Below are positions 49,441 to 64,000 of a stretch of DNA of 64,000 nucleotides, one piece after another. The translations under genes were made by a program, and so were the position numbers. Origin of the DNA: Macrostomum lignano. Its lineage: Eukaryota. The notes below the pieces were generated by a model, which had not been told where the DNA came from, made no database searches, and saw only the letters and a program-made list of their open reading frames with translations. Position 1 is the first letter of the stretch, and every line of letters begins with the position of its first letter. The DNA is taken from the NCBI GenBank assembly GCA_002269645.1, contig NIVC01000001.1:1240001-1304000 (forward strand), written 5' to 3'.

Positions 49441-50662
49441 CATGTACGATATATGGCTCGCAAAAGCCAATTGACAATGTATTTAATAGGTCGGATATTT
49501 AAAGAAAAATCTACATGTAAATGGTGACACGTACATGTACATATGTACATGTTGCAAAGGAGGAATTCAATGTATTGTTCATACTTCTACATACATGCAG
49601 TTATTACACAGTTGCATGGTCCTGGTTTTGAAGTTGATCTAATTTTCAAGTCCACCTTGTAGAAGAAGAAGCCATCCGCATCTGAAGAATTCGCAGATAA
49701 ATAATTAGACCACAACCCTGCTATATAGCTGCACCACACCATCTCTCTAGCTTGTCAAGCCAGTGAACACCTTTTGCGTTCGATTTAAAAAACTCGCATT
49801 CTATTTCGGCAAGCTGATCACTTTCATCATTCTATTCACAGCTACCTCAACATTCGAATTCGGCAAGGACCAGTCAATTTCAGCAATCACCATTGAATGC
49901 AATATCAATAATCACAAGCTATTCCTGAGTCGAGCGCATTTTTGTGATCTCACAATAAAATAATTCAATTTCATTGTACATAATAAATAAATACAACAAA
50001 ATATTCTTAATTTCTATTTAATTAGTGACAGTTTAACTTAACATGATTACATCCCCAGTAGCATTTCCTAACTTTGTTATACTGCTTGTTTGTTTTAATA
50101 GTACAATGTATACAAAATTAAATTTACACTTTCGTAGAAAATCAGTCTTCGTGTGTTTTTCAATGAACGCTTACGCAGGCCTACGGCTTATGCTACAAAT
50201 GAAAGTCTGAAACAATAAACAATTAGTGCAAGTACTAGGATTATTAAATACTGACTTATAAAAATGAAACGCGAATTTTTGCAGAAAAAGTAGTTTAGAG
50301 GATAATATATTAGCTTATTTACCATCTTTTTTTAGAGTTTCTCTATTGTTTTCTACTTTCCAAAACTCTTACTCCATACACGACCATAGCATAGTATTCT
50401 TTTTACTATGAACTGAAGCATCATTTTAGTATTCTTTATTTGGTAACTGATGCTGACAATTTGCACCCGTAAATCAACCAAGGGCTGAGTTTATGATTAC
50501 CAATCAGAATGAATTTTCTCACTTTCATTCCCTGGTTTAAAATAGTCAACTCAAAAGTCAAAGTTAACATTATGACCTGCTTTTCAATTTTCATAAAACA
50601 CAATAACTGAGCCAAAGTCACTTGTTATAGCTAATGTTATATTAAAGAGATTGTAAAAATCA

Positions 50663-54888
<4,226 letters not shown>

Positions 54889-57871
54889 GTGAGCGGTTTT
54901 TTTAATTCACTTCTGGTTGCTTGCTTGTTTATAAGTTCATTTCAATGCCCGGGATCCGTGGGATTTTTAGGACAACTGCGTTTTAATGGGGAATCTGTTT
55001 TATACTGCTAGTGGTCCTTGTTTGATAAATTTAAGTATTACGTACAGGCATTTATACTTAGCAAAACTGCTTTCTACTTCCAGTTCAGTAGCAATGAAGA
55101 ATGCATAAGCTATTTTATAAAATAAAGGCGGCTGAAATGACTTTGATAAGCTAGGCTTAGAAGCCCAAGCTTGCAGGCGTAAACAGCTTGCTAATTGGTT
55201 CAGCAATAATGTACATTAGCCACTGAAATGTACATGGCAGATTTAGGCTGGAACAACCGAGGAAGGCAATAAAAATTGAGTGGCGGGGCAGGGGTAGAGG
55301 TTCGGTGTGGAGTTTGAGGGTTTGCGCTTTGAGGGGTGGGGGGGGGGGTAAGAGCCAATCAATAAGACTTGGCTTTAAAATACATTAAAATACTTCAGTT
55401 TAACTTACTACTGAACTGAAAGTAGCTGGCACGCAAATGTGCTGAATGACCCATCTAGTTATTCTAGTACCCTACCCTTTACACTGCTAAGGCTCTCTGA
55501 CTCCGTGTTAACCAAATTACTCAAATCTGACAATCGAGTGAATTCATGAAATCTCAAGAATACCATATAGTTATAAAATTATTGATAGTTTATATCTCTA
55601 TCTATATATACTAAAGTTGACACGTTGTTTGTCTGTCTGTCTGTCTGTCATTTCGACAACTCCTCCTTGAATAGTGCCAACTCAGCGTTGAAACTTATAT
55701 GGGAAGATTGGAAATTATCCGAGGTCGGCTATAGGCTATTTTAATTCTGAAATTTTAATTTCTAAGATCCTCAAAAAAGCAGAAAACGGCGGTCTTGACC
55801 TTTGATAATCTTAATTGTCCCCTCTTTCTGCTTGGAGCTGAAAATTTGCATGAATTTCAAGTGATTGCGCCACAACTTTTCCCTATCTCTGCAGTGTATT
55901 TTCTCTCCAGTGGGGGGATGGGGCGTTCTAAATGGCTGCATGTGTACAATCGGACCCTGGCTCACTGGCTGACTGTATAGACAATTGCGCAAAGATTTGT
56001 GTTCTAATTTTCAATAGGCAGCCCTGTGATTTTGTTGAACCTTGAAATTCAATGCATAAACTTGCGGGCCTCTTTAGCAGGCAGTGAACGTACAATCGAT
56101 ATTTCAATGCTTTAAATCAGAAAGTTTCAAACGCAAACTGTTGCTCGAGTTTTTAACTTTGAGAGAAAAAATTTATATTGCTGGAAAGAACTTGCAAAGC
56201 TGATTTCAGGGATATAAATTGTTTGCTTTAAATATGAAAACTAAAAGCTCTGCATTGCAGAAACTATATCCATACTTTAAACTTTCTGCAAAGATTGTAC
56301 TCATTTTAGGATTTCAATGGCGTTCGACCGACCCCCCAACAGTTAGGAGGTCGGTCGGTCGGTGTGTATTTGAGGGTTGATTTAGATTGCGCAATCTGTT
56401 TGTTAACTTTAACTGAGACTGATACTGACTAACACAGAAATATATTGCACAATCAATTGATTCAATTGGTTCATTTTTTATTATCGGCCCTGTGTATTAG
56501 TTTGGCAGTGAAATTCAATGAATAAACTTGCGAGCTTCTCTAGCAAGTAGTCGGGAAATTGGTAAATTCAAACGCTAACTGTTCCTCGAGTTTTAAACTT
56601 TCAGAGGAGAAACTTATATTGCTGGAAAGATCTTGCAACGCTGAGTTCGGGGATATAAGTTGTTTGCTTTAAATATAAAAAGAAAAAGCACAGCATTGAA
56701 AAAACTATTTCCATGCTTTTAACTTTCTGCAAAAATTGTGCTCAGTTTTGCGAGACGTAATAGATAAAGTTGGGGGGAGGGTTCAACTTCTCACTGCTGC
56801 TGTGTATTGGAGGGTTGATTTAGATTGCGCAATGTTTTTTTAACTTTAACTGAGACTGATACTGACTAACACAGAAATATATTGCACAATCAATTGATTC
56901 AATTGGTTCATTTTTATTATCGGCCCTGTGTATTAGTTTGGCAGTGAAATTCAATGAATAAACTTGCGAGCTTCTCTAGCAAGTAGTCGGGAAATTGGTA
57001 AATTCAAACGCTAACTGTTCCTCGAGTTTTAAACTTTCAGAGGAGAAACTTATATTGCTGGAAAGATCTTGCAACGCTGAGTTCGGGGATATAAGTTGTT
57101 TGCTTTAAATATAAAAAGAAAAAGCACAGCATTGAAAAAACTATTTCCATGCTTTTAACTTTCTGCAAAAATTGTGCTCAGTTTTGCGAGACGTAATAGA
57201 TAAAGTTGGGGGGAGGGTTCAACTTCTCACTGCTGCTGTGTATTGGAGGGTTGATTTAGATTGCGCAATGTTTTTGTTAACTTTAACTGAGACTGGTACT
57301 GACTGACTGTGAAATCGGTTGCGCCATCAATTTGTTTTATTATCTGTGCCTTTCAATGCGCTGCCCTGTGTAATAGCCGGCCTGTGTAGTGAATGAATCA
57401 ACTTGCGAGCCTCTTTGGCAGGCAGTGAACGTACACTCGATATTTTAATGCTTTAAAACGGAAACTTTCAAACGCTAACTGCTCTTCGAGTTCTAAACTT
57501 TAAGAGAAGAGACTTATACTGCTGAAAAGATCTTGCAACGCTGAGTTCGAGGATATAAATTGTTAGCTTTCAATATAAAGACTAAAAGAGCAGCATCAAA
57601 AAAAACTAATTCCATACTTTTAGCTTTATGCAAAGATTGTACTCATTTTTTGGTTCAATGCCCCCAACAGATGGGGGTTCAATTTCTAACTGCCACAGCG
57701 TATTGAAAAGGGGTCGGTCTCTGTGTACTGGAGGGTTGATTTAAATTGCGCAATCTTTTGGTTAAATTTAACTGAGACTGATACTGACTGTGAAATCGGT
57801 TGCGCAATGAATTGATTCAATTAGTTCAATATTTTTATCTGTGCCTTTTAACACGAAGCTGTGCGTAGTTC

Positions 57872-57903
57872 TAACCCTAACCCTAACCCTAACCCTAACC
57901 CTA
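57872..57903. repeat. Interstitial (CCCTAA)n telomere-type repeat
   Basis: TAACCCTAACCCTAACCCTAACCCTAACCCTAA. Confidence 0.85.
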
Positions 57904-60823
57904 ATGAATCTGGCGAGTTAAGTTGTTTGACGGAAAAAATTCGATTAAGTCAAGTTTAACGGAGACGATTTCAATGTTTAAATTCTGACGGAGAAGATTT
58001 CTGTTTCGTGGAGAGGATTTCGATGATGTTCAGTTTCACGAAAGGATTTCCATGGTGTTCAGTTTCACGGAGAGGATTTCGATCATGTTCAGCTTCACGG
58101 AGAGGCTTTCTGTTTCGCGGAGATAATTTATGATTGATTTCTGTTTTATGAAAACAATTTTGATGGATTTAAGTTTCAAGGAGAGGATTTCGAAGGAGTC
58201 CAGTTTCACTGAGAGGATTTCGATGGTTTTTAGTTGCACAGACAGGATTTTTGCTTCGCGGAGAGGATCTTGATGGATTTGGCATCTTCAATCAGTCAGA
58301 GAAGAGAGTAAAGAGAAGACTGAAAAGAGAAGAGAGAAGAGATGATAGAAAACAGAGTATAATTGAGTGGAGAGATTAGACATGACAGATTGGAAATGAT
58401 AGGAGAGAGAATAGATGAGGGATAAGAGCGTACAGAGGCAATATAAGAGAGGGGAGAGTAGAGGAGAAAGAAAGAGTGAGATGAGGAGATGAGGGATGAG
58501 AGAGCAGGGGAGAGAGGAGACAGGAGAGAGTACAGACGAAAGACTAAGGAGAAGATATAAATAAGGTAGTAAAGATGAGAGGAGAGAGAGGAGAGAGAAG
58601 CGAAAGGAGAAGAGAGTGAGGTGAGAGGAGAGAGATGAAAGGAGCAAGGAAATGAGAAAAGAGAGAATGGAGAGAATAGAAAAGAGAGAAGAGAAGAGAC
58701 AGGGGATAGTGAAAAGGAGGAAGAAAGATGGGAGACAAGAAAGTAGTGTCAGAGCGTATATGAAATATGAGAAATGAGAGCAGAGAGAAGAGAAAAGAGA
58801 AGAGAGAGAGAGGGTTAAGAGAGACGATAGATAAGTGAGTAGAGATGACATATGAGAGAGGAGAGAAGAGGGAGAGATAAGAGTGAAGAGAGGAGACAGA
58901 AGACAGGAGAAGGTACAGACGAAAGACGAGGGAGAAGAGATAAATAAGGGAGCAGGGGTAGAGATGAGATGAGAGAGAGGAGAGAGTAGATATGAGAGAC
59001 GTAAGAGTCTTTGAGCTATGGTCTTTGAAAGATTTTGTAAAGAATTTGGAGACGATTTGGAAGATAGGGTTAAAGACATGGAATTTCAGTTGATGGATAT
59101 TTCAGGGAATAGAATTCCGGTGATGGGAGTTCTTCCCCTTTCTCCTCCGAAGGAGGAGTTCCACTTCTCTATCTATTATATACTAAAGTTGACGCGTTGT
59201 TTGTCTGTCTGTGTGTCATTTCGACAACTCCTCCTTGAATAGTGGCAACTCAGCGTTGAAACTTATATGGGAAGATTGGAAATTATCCGAGGTCGGCTAT
59301 AGGCTATTTTAATATTTTATTTTCGATTGTTAAGATCCCTAAAAAAGCAGAAAACTTGAATCTTGACCTTTGATAATCTTATTTGTCCCCTCTTTCTGCT
59401 TGGAGCTGAAAAAATGCACGAATTTTTAGTGATTGCGCCACAACTTTTCCCTATCTCTGTAGTGTATTTTCTTTCCAGTGGGGGGTGGGAGCGTTCTCAG
59501 TGGCTGCGTGTGTACACTTGGACCCTGGCTTACTGGCTGACTGTATAGATAATTGCGCAATGATATGGCTACTGATAAGTTTTCCTGCCTCTCAATGGGC
59601 AGCCCTGTGTATTTGTTGGACATTAAAATTCAATGCATCAACTTGCAAGCAGGCAGTGAACGTACACTCCATACTTCAATGCTATAAATCAGACAGTTTC
59701 AAACGCAAACTGTTGCTCGAGTTTTAAACTTTGAGAGGAGAGACTTATATTGCTGGAAAGATCTTGCAACGCTGAGTTCGGGGATATAAGTTGTATGCTT
59801 TAAATATGAAAAGAAAAAGCACAGCATTAAAAAAAACCATTTCCATACTTTAAACTTTCTGCAAAAATTGTACTCAGTTTTGCGAGACGTAATAGATAAA
59901 GTTAGGGGTTTCGACTTCTAACTGGCGCTGTGTATAGGAAGGGGGTCAGTTGCTTTGTATTGGAGGGTTGATTAGATTGCGCAAACTTTTTGTTAACTTT
60001 AACTGAGACTTATACTGACTAACACAGAAATATATTGCGCAATCAATTGATTCAATTGGTTCACTTTTTTATTATCGGCCCTGTGTATTAGCTTGGCAGT
60101 GAAATTCAATGTACAAAATTGCGAGCCTCTCAGGCAAGCAGTCGGGAAATTGGGAAATTAGAAACGGCAACTGTTCCACGAGTTTTAAACTTTAAGAGAA
60201 GAGACTTATATTGCTGGAAAGAGCTTGCAACGCTGAGTTCGGGGGTATAAGTTTCTTGCTTTAATCATGAAAACAAAAAGCACAGCATTCAAGAAAAATC
60301 TTTCTTTAAATTTTCTGACACTATTCAATTCAAATAACCCGTGTTGGGGCCAGGGGTGGCGGGCCGCGGTGAAGTGATAGGGTTCAGTGTACACAGTGAA
60401 TGCCCAGTAGGCTACAGATAGCAATGAAATGAAAGAACGATGAAATTATGGTTACCCTAACCCCAACCCCCGGCCCAATGAAGAATTCACACCTTTTCGT
60501 GCATTGTAATTGGTGAATTCTAAATTAATAAATTAAATCGATTGTCTGTATGTACATTGAAGATAAGATAAAATTTAGTCCACAGAGAACTGTCCGCTGA
60601 TTGGTTGGTTAGGCAGCAGTTTTACTCATCAAAGCGATGTTTGTACACTTGGTGTAGAGAAGTGGAGATTTAGTGACGCAAAGCTGCAGGCACGGGACAG
60701 CTAATTGCTTTATATAAAGTCACGTTTTGTTTCGATACCACCGATCCACACTTGGCCGGATTGTTTCAATCGCCTCTCAATATTTTTTAAAATATTTTCT
60801 TCAAATATATTCCTTTTTTTGTA

Positions 60824-61075
60824 ATGCCTAAACGCGGTCGAGGCAATTTGTCCCGCTCTACACGCGCTGCATCTGGTGCCAAGAAGCGGAGGGACTCCGA
60901 GACACCAGAGGAGCATGCAGCACGCCTGGAGCAGAATAGGCTTTGCCAGGCGGAAAGACGCGCAGTTGAGGGCGAGGCCGAGCGCCAGCATCGCCTCAAG
61001 CAGAACCGGCTGCGCACAGCTGAAGACCGCGCAGCTGAGGACGAGGCCGACCGCCAGCATCGCCTCGAGCAGGAA
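60824..61075 (+). pseudogene. STPR-repeat coding fragment, similar to the N-terminus of Helitron Rep/helicase proteins
   Basis: MPKRGRGNLSRSTRAASGAKKRRDS followed by 23-aa repeats ETPEEHAARLEQNRLCQAERRAV / EGEAERQHRLKQNRLRTAEDRAA / EDEADRQHRLEQE. No Rep or helicase motifs follow. Confidence 0.65.
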
Positions 61076-64000
61076 GTCGCACTTTCTCTTTTTGTAATCT
61101 TTCTCGGTCATGCCTGTCAGTCACTTTTTGGTCATTCGTCAGTGAATGCGTTGCCCTTCGCTTTTGGTGTAGCATTTCCGCCTTCCCCTATTATTTCCGA
61201 TGTCAATCTTAACATGTATTGCGATGCTCTACCATAGCTTTCTAATGCTTATCGACTTCAACGGTTGCTGTGGATTGTGTTTTGTGACAATGTAATTTAT
61301 GTAATAAATATAACTAAAAACTTAATATTTTTGTCATGTAGATATAATGTATTATTTGATAAAGTTCTGTTTCACAGAGACGATTTTGATGGCTTTCAGT
61401 TTCCCAAAGAAAATTTTGATACATTTCTGTTTCTCGGAGAGAATTTTGATGGATTTCTATTTGACGGAGGATTTCGATGGATTTGGTACCTTCAGTCAGT
61501 CAGAGAAAAGAGAAAAGAGATTATAGAAAAGAGTAGATATGAGAGAGGAGAGATTAGAGATGACAAATGGGAGAAAATAGGAGAGTAAGGCGAGAATGAA
61601 GAGGGAGAGAGAAGAGAAGAGGAGAGAGGAGATGAGAGGGGAGATATGAGATAGCAGAGGGAGACAGGAGAGATGATAGGAGAGAGAATAGATGAGGGAT
61701 AAGAGCGTGAGAGAGAGTGTGTGTGAGAGTGTGAGAGCGTATATAAAATTTGAGAAATGAGAGCAGAGAGGAGAGAAAAGAGAAGAGAGAGAGAGGGTTA
61801 AGAGAGACGATAGATAAGTGAGTAGAGATGACATATGAGAGAGAAGAGAAGAGGGAGAGATAAGAGAGAAGAAGCAAGACAAAAGACAAAAGAGGGTACA
61901 GACGAAAGGCGAGGGAGAAGAGATAAATAAGTGAGTAGGGGTAGAGATGAGATGAGAGAGAGGAGAGAGAAGAGAGTCACGATAATAGCGAAGAGAGGAG
62001 AGAGGAGATATGAGAGACGTAAGAGTCTTTGAGCTATGGTCTTTGAAAGGTTTGTAAAGAATTTGGAGACGATTTGGAAGATGGGGTTCAAGACATGGAA
62101 TTTCAGTTGATGGATAATTCAGGGAATGGAATTCCGGTGATGGGAGTTCTTCCCCTTTCTCCTCCGAAGGAGGAGTTCCTCTCGTCTCTATATATACTAA
62201 AGTTGACGCGTTGTTTGTCTGTCTGTCTGTCTGTCATTTCGACAACTCCTCCTTGAATAGTGCCAACTCAGCGTTGAAACTTATATGGGAAGATTGGAAA
62301 TTATCCGAGGTCGGCTATAGGCTATTTTAATTCTGAAATTTTAATTTCTAAGATCCTCAAAAAAGCAGAAAACGGCGGTCTTGACCTTTGATAATCTTAA
62401 TTGTCCCCTCTTTCTGCTTGGAGCTGAAAATTTGCATGAATTTCAAGTGATTGCGCCACAACTTTTCCCTATCTCTGCAGTGTATTTTCTCTCCAGTGGG
62501 GGGATGGGGCGTTCTAAATGGCTGCATGTGTACAATCGGACCCTGGCTCACTGGCTGACTGTATAGACAATTGCGCAAAGATTTGTGTTCTAATTTTCAA
62601 TAGGCAGCCCTGTGATTTTGTTGAACCTTGAAATTCAATGCATAAACTTGCGGGCCTCTTTAGCAGGCAGTGAACGTACAATCGATATTTCAATGCTTTA
62701 AATCAGAAAGTTTCAAACGCAAACTGTTGCTCGAGTTTTTAACTTTGAGAGAAAAAATTTATATTGCTGGAAAGAACTTGCAAAGCTGATTTCAGGGATA
62801 TAAATTGTTTGCTTTAAATATGAAAACTAAAAGCTCTGCATTGCAAAAACTATTTCCATACTTTAAACTTTCTGCAAAGATTGTACTCATTTTAGGATTT
62901 CAATGGCGTTCGACCGACCCCCCAACAGTTAGGAGGTCGGTCGGTGTGTATTTGAGGGTTGATTTAGATTGCGCAATCTGTTTGTTAACTTTAACTGAGA
63001 CTGATACTGACTAACACAGAAATATATTGCACAATCAATTGATTCAATTGGTTCATTTTTTATTATCGGCCCTGTGTATTAGTTTGGCAGTGAAATTCAA
63101 TGAATAAACTTGCGAGCTTCTCTAGCAAGTAGTCGGGAAATTGGTAAATTCAAACGCTAACTGTTCCTCGAGTTTTAAACTTTGAGAGGAGAAACTTATA
63201 TTGCTGGAAAGATCTTGCAACGCTGAGTTCGAGGATATAAGTTGTTTGCTTTAAATATAAAAAGAAAAAGCACAGCATTGAAAAAACTATTTCCATGCTT
63301 TTAACTTTCTGCAAAAATTGTGCTCAGTTTTGCGAGACGTAATAGATAAAGTTGGGGGGAGGGTTCAACTTCTCACTGCTGCTGTGTATTGGAGGGTTGA
63401 TTTAGATTGCGCAATGTTTTTGTTAACTTTAACTGAGACTGATACTGACTGACTGTGAAATCGGTTGCACCATCAATTTGTTTTATTATCTGTGCCTTTC
63501 AATACGCTGCCCTGTGTAATAGCCGGCCTGTGTAGTGAATGAATCAACTTGCGAGCCTCTTTGGCAGGCAGTGAACGTACACTCGATATTTTAATGCTTT
63601 AAAACGGAAACTTTCAAACGCTAACTGCTCTTCGAGTTCTAAACTTTAAGAGAAGAGACTTATACTGCTGAAAAGATCTTGCAACGCTGAGTTCGAGGAT
63701 ATAAATTGTTAGCTTTCAATATAAAGACTAAAAGAGCAGCATCAAAAAAACTATTTCCATACTTTTAGCTTTCTGCAAAGATTGTACTCATTTTTTGGTT
63801 CAATGCCCCCAACAGATGGGGGTTCAATTTCTAACTGCCACAGCGTATTGAAAAGGGGTCGGTCTCTGTGTACTGGAGGGTTGATTTAAATTGCGCAATC
63901 TTTTGGTTAAATTTAACTGAGACTGATACTGACTGTGAAATCGGTTGCGCAATGAATTGATTCAATTAGTTCAATATTTTTATCTGTGCCTTTTAACACG

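Larger units (their letters stand above)
55595..64000 (+). mobile_element. Head-to-tail array of non-autonomous Helitron-like units: 55595-59165, 59166-62184, 62185->64000
   Basis: Each unit starts TCTCTAT..ATACTAAAGTTGAC followed by (GTCT)n. The first two end with the hairpin CTCCTCC-GAA-GGAGGAG a few bases before the next head. Internal subrepeats are about 440-480 bp. Confidence 0.7.

Noticed and set aside
58288-59079. Leu/Ser-rich, membrane-like ORFs (also 61496-62091)
   Set aside because: They are the antisense reading of GA-rich low-complexity tracts in the Helitron-like units.

Overview
This is eukaryotic (metazoan) genomic DNA, not prokaryotic. It has spliced GT-AG genes, GC-rich exons, AT-rich introns, about 20 private mini/microsatellites and many transposons. 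The style resembles a free-living flatworm such as Macrostomum, but that is inference only. 0-16 kb holds three tandem minus-strand paralogues of an uncharacterised nuclear-protein family: a shared N-terminal motif, a low-complexity linker and a C14orf93/RTFC-like C-terminal domain. I rebuilt these exon by exon. The middle paralogue has a cluster of at least four homologous, phase-matched (1->0) internal exons that cannot be spliced to one another in frame. This is a candidate mutually exclusive exon array diversifying one aromatic/basic helix, and it is the main finding. Also present: a 3-exon LicD/fukutin-like gene (26-29 kb), the first three exons of a GIT-type ArfGAP (50.7-54.9 kb), an intact-ORF piggyBac, decayed mariner and LINE pieces, a Penelope-like element with a hammerhead-like motif, MITEs, SINEs, and a head-to-tail Helitron-like array with an STPR-repeat fragment (55.6-64 kb). 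Most long ORFs in the supplied track are artefacts of tandem repeats. Family assignments come from motif recognition, not database searches. Repeat boundaries are approximate.
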